Positions 13,786 through 26,195 are shown, counted from the first letter of the stretch. The stretch: DNA of 64,000 nucleotides from Camelus dromedarius (GCF_036321535.1 NC_087437.1:70620001-70684000); one strand, 5' to 3'. Program-made: numbers and translations. Notes: generated by a model from the sequence alone, not told the origin.

Positions 13786-14396
13786 TCCAGAGATTTTTTT
13801 CCTATTTCTTTAAACAACAGAACCCTCTTTTCTAAATAAATTTCATTAGAATCTCTACATGTGAAATAATAAGAGTAGCATTTTATTAAAATAAACTCAT
13901 TTTATAAGTCCAAATTATTAATCATGTTAAATATTATAGACTCAATCAATAAGAATATAATGGTAAATATAAAAGAAATGGCAACTTGGAATTAGATTAT
14001 TATACTGGCTTAAGAATTCAGTGTATTTTTGTATGAGGAATGGAGTACTATACAGTGTTAAGAAAATCATGAGACACAGTTTAGTTGCATATAGTAGCAA
14101 GTTTTTTTGCTTTGTTTTCTTTTTTTAAACAGTTTACCTTCCAATTACAAAGCATTAATTTAAGCCCTGTGTGAAAAATAGTTAACCTTATTGTATATAT
14201 TTATTGTACATATAATGTAACATCACATTAGTCTTTTAAAAATTTATATAATACATTTAAATTTGCATGTTATTTTTATCACAATTGTACATTGATTCAA
14301 ATATGTATTTTTAATTCACATTTAAATTAAATATTTAATTGCTCAATTATCTCTTTGTAAGCTTGAGAACCATGAAGCATAGTTTGAAAACCACTA
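13786..14396. mobile_element. Possible old AT-rich hAT-Charlie-type DNA transposon
   Basis: Right end catagtttgaaaaccact resembles Charlie/MER termini; interior is very AT-rich; family not recognised. Confidence 0.3.
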
Positions 14397-16339
14397 ATTT
14401 GGTTCAAATATTTAGGAAGTAACTTTTTTCTCTCTCTCTCTCTGTCCCTCTATTATTTAAGGACAATTTGACCCTTTGGAAATGCTTTATTTTGTGAGTG
14501 TTAGGGTTTTTTGGTTACTTTTTTAATAATTTCTTCAAATGGAGGTTAACTGCTGAAAAGCAAGAATCTCGTCTTTTTGTGTTGTTCTCTCCAAGAGCCT
14601 AACATCTACACACTGTGCGTAGACATAGCGTTTGGCCAAAGTCATTTAGTTACTGTCTATGTACACTAGAGAATTTGGAAAAGGAATCCAAATCTTAGTC
14701 TCAGTTCTCCTCCCGTCTACTACTCTATGTTCCTACTTCTGCTTCTGCATGATGTATTGATAGTAAAAGCAATCCAGTGAGTCCTCTGGGCTTCCAGTTT
14801 TCGAAGTTCCCAAGACAGGGCTGTAAACTGATAAATAGTGGCTTCCAGAGTGTGGCGCTTTGAAAGAATAAGATTGACAGAGTAGTAGTACAAGGTTCGG
14901 GGCATAACCTTCTGATTAACTAGAGCAAGAGGAAGGAGAGAGAGAGGGCTTAGAAGTGGAGAAGGCGTGGGAAGGGTAGGTAAGTGCTAGAACAGAAGAA
15001 AAAGAATCATTTACACGGTAGAAGCTAGGTAATTCTGGCACCATTAGTGCCTGCTCTAGAAAGCTTTGAAGTGTACAAAAGAGTGACCAAAAATCAGAAT
15101 TGACTGGGCCAGGAACAAAAAATCAAGTTCATGGGAGAATGTGGTACCAACCAAATTACATCAGAGCCAGAACTAGAAAAGCTTGTGTAGAACCTAGAAT
15201 ACTCCTCTGGTTTTGAGTGTCCAGGCAGGCCTGGCCATTAGGGAACTATCTGTTATGAAAGTCAAGCCTTACTGAGCCTACAACTCGATGAGCCAGTCAG
15301 GAAATGAAAGCCAATATAATATTTTCTGAATCCACAGATCCCAAACTAAGTCTGTTTTTATAAATGAGAAACATGTCCTACTAACTTATTTGGAAAAAAT
15401 CATTTTTATAATATATGTGTTTATATAAAACCAATAAAATGTCTTGTATGCGTTAGAACATTTCACTTTTATGTCTGGTAGACCATTTACTTTACCTCCT
15501 CTTCAGTGTCATTTGGAACATTTACTTTATATTCTTTTTCATTCCTGTTGGAGCATTTATGTATGATTTGTTTGTTACTTTTATCGGTTGATCTTGCCCT
15601 CCCCATATGCTCATGTCTGACTGGCCTAGTTTCCCACATTCAGCATGTGATCTCTAGCCCTTCTTAAATATTAATTAGTGTAATTGAATTCCCTCCAGTA
15701 TTTCTAACCTCAGGCACCTGAATCTCAGTGTTTTTGTTAGAACTGATTTGGGCATTTAAAGTCCAGCCTGCCTCCCCATCTCCCATCCCCCAAACAACTT
15801 TTCTTGATTAGGTAAAGGTCAGGGGACCAGCCTGCCTCAGAGAAATTCTTCTTGAGAAAATAAAAGCATGATATATCACAACATAACTTCTCAGTTAAAG
15901 ACTGAAAAATACAAAGATGTCTTGAATCTTTGGCAAAGAAAATCATCTGAAGTGAATAGAAAAAGGATGTAACTCTGTCTAGGTGCACAGCCAGAAGTGA
16001 AAAATAGGTTAGGCAGAGCATGCATAGGGATGAGTGCAAAGCCACACCTAACCATAGCCCCTTCTCCTCCTCCAGCACAGCCAGGCCCGAGGTCAGCCCC
16101 CTAAGTCCTCTCTACTCTTCTGGTTTGCCGACCCATCTCTGACCAGCATACCATCCCTGGATGCAGTCCATGATTACACGTAAAGACTCTGTTCCTTGGA
16201 AGGACACAGGAAAAAAGGAAACAGAGGAGAGCCTAGAAATAGGGCTAGAGAGCCAGAAGCTAGTAAGTGGATTTGTTAATAAGGTCAGTTACTGCCATTC
16301 ATATCTGAGGAGAAGAGAAAAAAATGTTAGGCAATTGGA

Positions 16340-17240
16340 GATAGATATAAAAAATGTTCTGATTTTTAGAAAATATAAGAAGGCAGTTTATAAGGACAAA
16401 TAGCTTGATGTTAGTTCTGAGCAAACGCCTAGAATGCATTATTAAAACAATAAAGCATGAAACAGTGGTTTATGATCTCTGGAAAGAAGTGGTGCTTGCT
16501 AGAAACCAAAATGGCTTCAGTGAAAGCATGTCTACAATATACGATCTGATCTTGCCTGGGTTAGATGTACAGATAGATTAGTAACTAATCTAAGTACAGA
16601 CAGAGTAGTAGCTGGTTGAATGGCCACACTATTAGCTACAAACAAATAGCTCAGTATTATAGTGGAAGAAATTCCTATGGCATATTTCAGGAATAGCCTC
16701 AGCCTTATCTTGACCACCATTTTTTTTAATGACTTGTATGAACTCTTGTTCATCAGAGTTGCAGATGACATGAATTTGAATATATAGGAAAGTTGTTGGA
16801 TGAAGCAGTCAAGTTCCAAACACATCATGAAGGACTGGAATGATGTGCTACATCTAACCAGATAAAATTTTTTAAATGGATAAATGCAAAATTTTGTCTT
16901 TATATTTTCAAAAGACTGCTTATGAATGATACAGGGGAGATATGGCTTAACAGTCCAGTACAAGAAATCGGAACAAATAGGAACATTCTCAGGAGTAAGT
17001 TTCCAGTATGGCAGGGAAATGAAACATATGATATGAGGAATCGTGAAGGGAACTGGGATTGTTTGGAAATTCACAAGGAAGGAATATGATAACTATATTC
17101 TGGTGTGTTCAGGACTGTCACAAAGAAGATGAATTATATTGTTTTCTGTGACTCCAAGTAGAACACAAGCCAGTGGTGAAACATACAAAAATAAAATATT
17201 CAGGTCATTATAAAAACTAACTTTTTAAACACCCTTACGT
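16340..17240 (+). mobile_element. L3/CR1 LINE fossil (reverse transcriptase region and 3' end)
   Basis: CR1 RT motif remnants in the expected order: caaaatggcttc (QHGF-like, 16507-16518), ttttttaatgacttg (FINDL-like), gttgcagatgac (xADD, 16758-16769), ggactggaatgatg, ggataaatgcaaaatt. Confidence 0.8.
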
Positions 17241-17284
17241 GCTCAAAGGTAGAAAACACAGACAAGCAGGGAAAAAAATATTGG

Positions 17285-17428
17285 TGTGGAGGACAGACTT
17301 AGGTTAAATCTTGGTTGTGCCCCTTACCCATTATGTCTCTTAGGACATTTCTCAAATCTCCCACAATCTGTTTCTGTACCTGTAAAGTAGATATAATCAA
17401 GTTCTACCTTGCAAGTTGTTGTGAAAAC
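17285..17428 (+). mobile_element. MIR 5' and core fragment cut off by MLT1B
   Basis: cagacttaggttaaatcttgg...tctgtttctgtacctgtaaagtag...ctaccttgcaagttgttgtgaa. Confidence 0.6.
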
Positions 17429-17429
17429 C

Positions 17430-17815
17430 TCCAGTTGCTCTAACAAAATATCACACACTGTGTGGCTTAAACAACAGAAATTTGTTTCTTGGTTTTGGAG
17501 GCCGGAAGTCCAGAATGAAGGTGTTGGCAGGGTTGGTTCCTCATGAGGCCTCTCTCCTTGGCCTGCAGATGACTTCCTTCTCACTATATCTCTTCACATG
17601 GCCTTTTCTCTACATGCACTCATCCTGTATGACTCTTCCTCTTTTTCTAAGGACAACAGTCCTATTGGATTAGAACACCACCCTTGTGACCTTATTTAAC
17701 CTTAAATACTGCTTTAAAGGCCCTGTGTCCAAATATAGTCACATTGTGGGGTTAGGGCTTCACATATGAAGTAGGGGTGGAGTGTGGGGAGAGGGGGCAT
17801 AGTCAGCTTACAACA
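17430..17815 (-). mobile_element. MLT1B-like ERVL-MaLR solo LTR
   Basis: ggcttaaacaacagaaattt...ggaagtcc...ggcagggttggttcct...cagtcctattggattag...ttaaaggccctgtgtccaaatatagtcacatt...ttagggcttcacatatgaa...caaca. Confidence 0.9.
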
Positions 17816-18889
17816 GTCCCTAATATCAACAAATACTAATTCTGTAAGGTCAAGGTGTTTAAGCAAAGACAGCTGCGTTACAGGGATGTTTATAGGATGT
17901 TCGAGCCTTAGACAGATGATTGTGATATATAATTTTAATGAAGTCCAACAACAATATTCTGCCATTATAAAAATAAAATTCCTAGTACAGCAACAATTGT
18001 GAAATTCTGCAATTCTATGAAAATTCTCAATGGCAAGATAGTAGTTCAGTACATATAGCAATCTTCTTTCAATAAATGTCTTTGTTTAATACTCAAAAAT
18101 TCAATCTAATTTCACAAATCTTTACTCATACTCTAGACTTCCATTCACCTCTGCAGCCCAAATTCCCAGGATACCTTCTGGGTGAAACCTCTGCCTCTTT
18201 TGTAGGAAGACATTGCTTTGCCAAAGCTTTAAATGCTCTAACTCAGAAGTTGTGCATACATGAGTGGAGGGAGACTGTAACTAAGGTCTTAAAACACAAA
18301 ACAGACAAACTGTACAAGAAAATGCACATAAAAAGTAAAAATAAAAAGTGATACGGTCATTTGGTCAGGAGGTTTCAAAGTCTGAATCTGTAGCTATGAG
18401 ACAGAACAAGGAATGGATGACTTATTTTGTTCATATACCCTCTGCTGTTATCCCTCATTTTAATATGCATACGTACTCGCCACTTTTTTAGATAATGGTA
18501 ATTTAAAGTTGAGCCCATGCTGGAACCTAGCCTTTGAGATTGGTTAGTCTTTTGTTTTTTCTTTCTTGTCTTGAATATTTTGGTGGAAATGGAGCTGTGT
18601 TGTCTCTTGTGTCTGTGGGTAGTTGGAGTAACTTTTAGAAGTTGCTGTTCTAAACCAATGAAATAATACATTCTCTCTTTTTTTCTCTTGACATATTAAA
18701 TAATATTATAAAGATGCACATCTTCTCAACGAATGTAAACCTTTTTCATCAGGCTAACTGAAAACAAACAAAAACCCTGAAACTAGTAGTGGTTATAGCA
18801 TTTGGCAATTGAACACGCCTCCTCTTGAGAGGGCCAGTTACTATAGCTAGACATGTACAAGTAAAGTCAAGTCTGTGGTTTGGTGGCAA

Positions 18890-19220
18890 AGCAGGGCATC
18901 TTATCTGCATTCAAGGCCTAGCTCTGCCGTTTGTGACCTTGGGCAGGTTTCAGATTCTCTGAGCCTATTTCATGTTACATAAAACTCTGTATGTGGGATT
19001 CTTTTCAAGTCTGCATAGAGTTTGACCCAGTGTAGGTGTTTAGTAAAGATTAATTTATTTCCTTCTTCTCTGATCCTTAATTCTCTCATTTTCTGATGGG
19101 TATAATATTAATACTTTCCCTACTTACCTATCCCACAGGATTGTTGAGACAATCAAGTAATATGATGTTTGTGAAAGTGCTTTATAAACTATAAGACACT
19201 ACACAAATGCTATTTCTTTC
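18890..19220 (+). mobile_element. Two adjacent MIR/MIR3 fragments
   Basis: ctagctctgcc...tgtgaccttgggcagg and cacaggattgttgagac...tgtgaaagtgctttataaactataa. Confidence 0.65.
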
Positions 19221-20418
19221 TTCTTATGAGTGGATGGGGATGCTTAACTAGAAATGGAATTGGGACCAGACAGGAATTAATGTTGATACTGTTTCCTAAG
19301 AGACGTTAGAGGCCTCATGTTGTTGTCTGTTTAAATTGCCTGAACTGATCTGTAAAATGAAGATTCTTAACAACAGGTATTAAAGTTTATTGTCTTTTTT
19401 TCTGTGATACTTTCCAGGGAGTATAGGAAAGATTTTTTTCCTTTCAATTTTCTTTCCCCTGTATTATTGGGCTGCCGTCTGTTCTTGAAAATACTGAGAC
19501 AAATTCTTATCTTTTGTAACTATGGGGATCTGGGCCCATGGTGCTTACTATCATTATTTCTGTTGTACTTGTGGTAATTGTTGTTATTATTATTAATTAT
19601 ACTTTGTAATTATATAGTTTCTTATTTTAAGGAAAGATAAATGGCTAGGAAATAAACAAGCTGCTGTTACTGAGAGATTTTTGGAGATTCAAACATTTTA
19701 AATCCACTTTTGACTTTTTTCCACAAAGACTTCTACATGAATCTTAAAACACAAATTTTTTTTTTTTGCTCTGCCATTGAAAATAAAGTACTGACTTGTG
19801 TGATAGTGCCCTTGGAGTCATGTGTGAGAAAATAGTCTCCCAAAGCATTTCATTTCCTCTTTCTGCCTTCTGAAATATTTCTTAAAGTATAGTCACTGCA
19901 TAGCAGAAGTTTGGTTTGGAGAAAGATTTTAAAGCAGGAGGTAGAGATGCTTAAACAGTGACACAGGTGTAAGTTAAGAGGTCTTCTTCCACTCGCTCAT
20001 TCCTGGGTGTCTGTTAAAGAAAAGGAAAAGGTGAATGAGGGCAAGTTGAAAACAGTTTGTGGGTTATGGAGCAGGATGTTAAGTGTAACTCAAGGACAAA
20101 ATGTCCAGCACAAATTGATAGGGGCTCTTTGTAATAAAAAGTCCACCCACCTTCTCCAATCTCTTGGCTCTATCACTCTCAATTCTTGAAAATCCTTAAT
20201 GCTGATTAAGTCTTCTCTAAAGTTTCCAGGCTGGTTGGCCTGGATTCCTTTGGATCAGGGGCTCCTCATTCCCACAGTTAAGGACCTGAACCCAAAAGAG
20301 AGATTAGGAGATCAAAGTAAGCACTTTTCTCCGTAAGTCTTCATGTAGGTTTTTCTATGACCTGGCATGAAAGGGGATGAAATTTTATAGGAAATAAAGA
20401 GGACTTTCAGTTATTGAA

Positions 20419-20443
20419 TTTTTTTTTTTTTTTTTTTTTTTTT
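20419..20443. repeat. Poly(T) tract, about 25 nt
   Basis: Read directly. Confidence 0.95.
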
Positions 20444-20488
20444 AAGGAAAAACCTCTTCCATCCACTCTGTCTTATCATCTTCTAAAG

Positions 20489-20658
20489 CAGTGGTTCACA
20501 GCGTCCCACAGCATTGTCACCAGGAATAGGTTGTAACACAAACTCTTGGGCCTCACCCCAACCTATTGAATCAGAAACTTTGAGGTGGAGTACAGCAATT
20601 AGTGTTTGAACAATCCTTCCATGTGATTCTGGCACATACTTAAATTTGAGAACTGTTG
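20489..20658 (+). mobile_element. MER5A with intact 8-bp target-site duplication TTCTAAAG
   Basis: cagtggtt...gggcctcaccccaacctattgaatcagaaact...tttgagaactgttg, flanked by TTCTAAAG at 20481-20488 and 20659-20666. Confidence 0.9.
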
Positions 20659-20859
20659 TTCTAAAGAGATGTTGAATTGCACTGGGAAAATATGTGAGCA
20701 ATTAAAAATTCTACCAGAAAGCCAAAATTGGCTTTTGAAATTCAAAACTGTCTATTGTTTTACCCCAAATTATCCTTCACAGTTTTATCCTAAACAGTTT
20801 AACAGATCCTAAACAATTCTTACCTCTGACCTTCAGCTCTTATCACCACTCACCTACAC

Positions 20860-21030
20860 CCCCAGCTTAAAATGATCTTTGTCCTTCTGTCTAGCCAAAT
20901 CTTATTTATTCTGAGTTATCCAATTCAAATACCATTCCCTGCAAGAGCTTTACCAGTCATGCCAACATTCTCTTTATTTGAGATTTCTGTTGCCCTCAAT
21001 GTCTGTCCCATTCATTTAAGTCTTACCTGT
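20860..21030 (+). mobile_element. Probable L2 fragment
   Basis: ctgtctagccaaatcttatttattctg...attcaaataccattccctgcaagagcttt resembles the L2 3' region. Confidence 0.4.
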
Positions 21031-21297
21031 GACAGATCTCATCTAATAAATTGTCAGTTATTACAATGAACAACAGCTTGAATTTATTCATTTTAGGTCA
21101 GAATTTAGTTAGATGGATATAAGTTATGCCCAAATATAAAATATTCATAGAGTGTGATTATGTTCAGAGTAGTTTAGGTCATTTCAGTACACACTTCGGT
21201 CAGGACAACCATCTCAAAGAAGTACTGTGCCTGAGTTTCTGAGATCTTAAGTAGCTTACTCCAGATCACAAAATACGTATTAAAAAGACTTTTACTT

Positions 21298-21430
21298 GGA
21301 GAGGGGTGTAGCTCAAGTGGTAGAGCACATGCTTAGCATGCTTGAGGTCCTAGGTTCAATCCCCAGTGCCTCATCTAAAAATAAGTGAATCCAATTACTT
21401 CCCCTCACCAAAGAATTTTTTTAATTAAAA
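21298..21430 (+). mobile_element. tRNA-derived SINE, camelid Vic-1-like
   Basis: A-box tagctcaagtgg, B-box ggttcaatccc, A-rich tail; imperfect TSD aaaaagacttttactt (21282-21297) / aaaaagacataactt (21431-21445). Confidence 0.88.
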
Positions 21431-22244
21431 AAAAAGACATAACTTGATCATTAGGTTCTATTATCCTGTAATGCTGATAAACTTTTTTCATATTGGCATC
21501 TTTTTCTTCCCTGCTTAACTATATGCTCATTTTGCCATTAGAGATCATAATTTTCTTGTTGTCTTGTTCAATAACTTTTAGAATATAGGAAGTTAATGCA
21601 TATCTGTTAGCATATTATATTACAGACTAAACACAGTCCTGGAATTTGTCTCATTGTCCTTTCCTTGGGAAAATCCTGAAAGTGAAAATGTTTACACTTT
21701 CCCCTTAGGTCCAGAAGAGTCTCTACTTATAGATTGAGTATCTTCATTTTAGCAGATCATTTTATCAATTGCATGTAAAGTATTCAACTTATAATTGTGC
21801 ATTGATTTTCATCATCAATTTTGATTAATACATTTCAAAACATTTTATTCTACATGCTTTAAAGGAGGAAATAGCTACTTTTGTTTACTTAAAGAATTTA
21901 CCAATTTTCAGAAAGTTACTTTATTATTTTACAAAAGAAAAAGATGAGTTGATAATGAATCTGACCCATGACTGTATACTTACATGTACCTAGTGGTGAT
22001 GAAAAAATTGAAGTTAATATTAGTGGCTAAATGATAATTATTCAGGAATTATATTTGATGGAAAAAATAGGTTTTTTACTCTGAACATAATCATACTCTA
22101 TGAACATTTTATATTTGGGCATAACTTAAATCCATCTAACTAAATTCTGACCTAAGGAGCAGAAAGCACGGCCTCTTCCAAGTCAGGCCACACTGTGGCT
22201 TTGGGGAGGATAAATGTTTGGCTAATTTCTATTCCATTATAACT

Positions 22245-22420
22245 GTTTTATCAACCTTGACCCTGAGTCAGAACCACCTGAATGGTTTCTAAGGTGAATA
22301 CTCCTGGACTCCATTCCTAAATACTGCATCAGAATCTTTGGGATCAGAGTCCAGCAATTTACATTTTTAACAGTCACTGCCAGGTGATGCTTATGCACAA
22401 AAAAATTTGGAAGTCATTCC
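22245..22420. mobile_element. MER5-family element, degraded
   Basis: tcagaaccacctg...atactgcatcagaatctttggg...cagcaatttacatttttaaca...ccaggtgatgcttatgcac. Confidence 0.65.
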
Positions 22421-22579
22421 TATTCAGATTCATTCTTTTTTCCCTGGTGGACTAAGTCTTCCAGGAAACTGATCTGTGTCTCCAGACTGACTGTTTTTGG
22501 GCTTGGATGCTCAGCGACAACCTTTAGTAAATACTGTATTTGCCTTCAACAGATATTTAGTTCTGATACTTCTGTTTTC

Positions 22580-22780
22580 CAGGCGCTCTTATCTAAATTA
22601 ATCAATATAAAATCTAAATAGCTCTGAGATAAGTATTCTTGGGCCCATTTTAGAGATGTGATCATTGAGGCTTAGAGAAGTAAATACCTTTCTTTTTTTT
22701 TTTTTTTTTAAATACCTTTCTTAAGGCCACCCAACTAGTAATTGAATTCAGTTTGACTTCAGAATGTATGTTCTTAAATT
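22580..22780 (-). mobile_element. MIR SINE carrying a younger poly(A) insertion
   Basis: ctctgagataagta...cccattttagagatgtgatcattgaggcttagagaagtaaa...aaggccacccaactagta. Confidence 0.75.
22681..22722 (-). mobile_element. Poly(A)-only retrotransposition insertion with 14-bp TSD
   Basis: TAAATACCTTTCTT (22681-22694) + T14 + TAAATACCTTTCTT (22709-22722); minus-strand junction TT/AAGA fits the L1 endonuclease consensus. Confidence 0.75.
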
Positions 22781-23242
22781 CTAAAAGAAGTTTTAGTCAG
22801 AATTTGAAATAATATTTTTTCAATCCTGGCTTTTTCTAAAAAGACAGCTGAATAGTAAAGAGTATTAAAGCAGATCACAGCTAATTCCAAGTTTGTGTCC
22901 AAACTCTGAGATTTTATGATGTTAGTCAATAGTCAAATTATATGGCTGACAGCTATAGTATTATTGTGTGATGAGCTCAGTCAGTAAATCATCACATTCA
23001 ATGTTACCAGATGGATCAATGGAAACACTGTCAACATAATCCTGTCTGTTTTACAGTCCACCTTGTCTTCCATTGCCCTTAAGAGACCTGATATGTATTT
23101 TTCTATACAAATGTTAGTTGACTAAGCTTTTTATAATTTTACTAAGAAATTCTCCACAACAGTATCAGGCTTCATTTCCCTTAACAATGTCCTGTTTTGG
23201 TAAGTCTTTCGCAGGTACAGCTGCTATGCCGTATAGCTGATT

Positions 23243-23419
23243 CAATGGTTCTCAATCCCAGCAGCATTTTCAAATCACCTATTAACTTTTAAAAATATAC
23301 AGATGTTTGAGTCTAACTCAGAAATACTGAATTATTGGGTCTGGAGTAGCGGCAAGATGGCTTATTGTTTACAAAGCCTCACAGGTGTTTCTATAGGCAT
23401 TCAGGATTGAGAATCACTG
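23243..23419. mobile_element. MER5B-like element
   Basis: TIRs caatggttctcaatcc ... ggattgagaatcactg; internal aatcacct, aaaaatatacagatg, caggtgtttcta. Confidence 0.8.
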
Positions 23420-23814
23420 ATACAACTCATTATTCCATAAAGAACTTAGGAGTACCATATACATTAAATGAGCAATTGAAGGAAGCAAAATATCTTCATA
23501 AATTCTACAATGAGTCCACTGAAGTAAAAGAGGAACCTGTGAGCAGCTTGAGAAGCTATTGCCTGGGCCACCCAAATATTCAGATTTGAGTCTCACTTAA
23601 TGAAAAGGCAAGAAATAAGAAGCCATTAGAGCATGGTACTAAGTGGAATTATGGGAAACCACTTATAAAATGCTGTGGGGTTTGGAAGGATCTGGTCTTT
23701 TCAATAGACATTTTTGTAATAGAAAACAGGGTAATGGAAATCCCGGCATATTTGAATCTATCTGCATTTCCTTCAGATAAAAATAAAATAAAAGGAAAGG
23801 GTGTAACCCTCTAA

Positions 23815-24300
23815 ATGTATCTTGATCTGATATTATTTTGCCAGTTAGACAGGTATGCGGCCACCAGTCAGCTCGACTCAGGGCTAGCTATCAAATCAGA
23901 GCTCGCTCTTCATATCTCAGCACTAATCGAGATGATAAAGAGCTACCTTTCGATTAATCCTGCTCTGAACTTTAGACGAAAGATACTGCAGTTTAATTAC
24001 GGAGTGAAATTCACTTTGTCTGATCTGCCTATCTTTGCTGTAATGTCATAATATAATCAGCATCACCCCAATCTGAAACACAGGGCTGTGAAGTCCAAGG
24101 ACCTGTGTGATTGGAAGGAATAAAATGATGCTCAAACAACAAGCAGCCGCAGTGCAGTAATTATTCAAGCCTTGTTTTCATCTGTATGTCATTCTCCCAT
24201 TGGCTTGTCATGACAGCAGCTGAGAAAAAGATGGAAGAGAGCGTGATTGAAAAGGATATTGACCTGCTGGAATCAGACTAGGTGTGGGAGGGAAGAGCCA
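23815..24300. promoter_or_regulatory. Candidate deeply conserved non-coding element / enhancer
   Basis: Non-repeat, high-complexity sequence; 7 CpG in about 150 bp (23858-24001) against a CpG-poor background; TAAT/ATTA, TGATAA, TGTCA/TGACA and CAGCTG motifs. Conservation was not tested. Confidence 0.55.
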
Positions 24301-24689
24301 AGCTGTATAAAATCTTAAGGCTAATTAAACTTGGTTTTTCTTTAATATATATCCCACTGCCGGTTACTGATCCCACAAGTCCAAGCTAAACCATTCAGCT
24401 GATATGTCTCCCTGCAATTAAAATCTCCCCTTCAGTTGAAACTCCGGTTTTCTCTTCTCTGAAAATAATTTACTTTTCTTTTAAAACTGGCAATTACTTG
24501 GCAGATTTTTTTTTTTTTGTATAAGTCTCAATGTAATTTTTGTAAATTAAACTCAATAAAAGAAGAGCATTGCAGATTTTCTGTCAGAGATAATGGCCTT
24601 TGGGGGCATCCTTTCTAGGTTTTCATAGACCCAATGCAAGTAAGTACTGAATCCAGAAAGATACCTGGCTTTCCCATGAATTATTACCC

Positions 24690-24800
24690 CCATATTATAC
24701 AAAATGTTTAAAGTAACTTTGCCCTATAGTTGGAAACTTGCTGAGCCAGGATTTGAACCACAATTTGACTGACTCTGGCTCATACTATTTTGACTCTACT
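24690..24800 (-). mobile_element. MIR fragment
   Basis: taaagtaactttgccc...gctgagccaggatttgaacc...tgactgactct. Confidence 0.6.
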
Positions 24801-24847
24801 ACCCTCCCTCCCTTTATTCTGAGTTATTTGTTATTAATATCCCTCCA

Positions 24848-24960
24848 ATGATTCATTTAACACACTATTTCGAGCATCTCCTATATACCAAGCACTGAGT
24901 TATACTCCACATATTCATTAGTGAAACTAGGAAGGAAGAATCAGCCAGTGTCTATCTTCA
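24848..24960 (-). mobile_element. L2 3' end fragment
   Basis: attcatttaacacactatttcgagcatctcctatataccaagcactg is the reverse complement of the L2 terminus. Confidence 0.6.
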
Positions 24961-25109
24961 AAGTTTTTTTTTTAAGTTTGGTAGTTCAGTTGCTTTTTTG
25001 ACTTTTATGGTAGATTGACATTTTAAATACAAAAAGCAATTGGACCATTAAGAACAAATATAAAATATGAAATCCAGATCTTTATTTGCCTGTTTCTATT
25101 CATAGTGTT

Positions 25110-26195
25110 AACATTCTACTCATCACCCCAAAATCTCAGAAACAAGATTATCAAGAATCTTAGGGTCTCATGATTCATATTTAGTCAACCAATCATCACA
25201 TTCTGTCAGATCTTGTCATATAGAATCCACCATGAAGACCCCTAAACCTACCTAACCAGTAAGCATAGAGGTTAAGCAGGCAGGCTCTAGAGTCAGATGA
25301 TCTGGGATTTGAATCCTGTTTTGTCACTTATTAACTGTGTGAACTTGAGAAAGTTGCTTAATCCTCATCTGTAAAATAGAAACAATGTTACTTGCCTTTT
25401 GGGGTTGGCATGCAGATTAAATGACTTAATCTATGTAAAGCACAAGAACAGTGCCTGGCACATAGTAGAGATTTACTAAATATTTGTTACCACTTCCTCC
25501 TTCATAATGTCTTTAGGACATTCCATTTTTCTTTCCTTTTCTACTAACACTACTAAATATTACCTGGGTTACTGCAATGGACTCTCTCTCTCTCAATACC
25601 TCTAGGCTCTCTGTTTCTGCCCACTATTCTCAATTATTTATACTAAATATTAGAATATCATTGTGATGTGCCAGTGCCCTACTTACAAACCTTTAGTGGA
25701 CCTCTGTTGCCCACAAAATAAAGTGGATTACTCAGCCCAATATTCAAGGACCTCCTTCACATTCCAGGCTCAACCTATCTTTTCAACATCATTTCCTATT
25801 ACAACTACAGCTAACTTGTTTATTTGCTGCTCCCAAATATATCTTTCAATTTTCTGCTCCATGACTTTTCTCATGCCCTTCATGTAACCTGCGTCTTCTT
25901 ATCACTTCCCAAATCTCACACATTTTTCAAAGTTCAGCTAGATTGCTTTATTGTAGTGAAGATTTGCATTGTCAGCCTAAACATTAGGGATGGTTTTGTC
26001 TAAATTCAGATATTCTATTTTGAATACCTGAATTGCTTTGTATTATAATTATTTTTGGACATTATCTCAAAAACTCAATGTTAAGTACCTCAGGCACAGG
26101 TCAGTGTCTCAGTACATGTCATCGTTTGCCCAGTGGCATCCAAAGAAACTCAAACATAGTAACTATTACAATTAATATATGCCAAATGAATAAGT
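25110..26195 (+). mobile_element. L2 LINE 3' portion interrupted by a MIR
   Basis: ccaatcatcacattctgtcag...tacctgggttactgcaat...acaaacctttagtgg...attcaaggacctcc...aaagttcagcta...aaatgaataa. Confidence 0.7.
25260..25490 (+). mobile_element. MIR SINE, well preserved
   Basis: ggctctagagtcaga...ctgggatttgaatcctg...cacttattaactgtgtg...cctcatctgtaaaatag...agaacagtgcctggcacatagta. Confidence 0.92.

Noticed and set aside
16532..17074. Longest ORF (180 aa, minus strand)
   Set aside because: Antisense to an L3/CR1 fossil, non-ATG start, no recognisable domain
17324..18061. Overlapping ORFs of 63-115 aa
   Set aside because: Largely derived from the MLT1B LTR and MIR; typical repeat translations
21298..21375. 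tRNA-like sequence with A and B boxes (also 35700-35774)
   Set aside because: Followed by a SINE tail and flanked by TSDs, so a SINE head rather than a tRNA gene
23815..24051. 78-aa ATG ORF over the CNE-like block
   Set aside because: No recognisable protein or flanking splice architecture; better explained as a non-coding element, though PhyloCSF was not run
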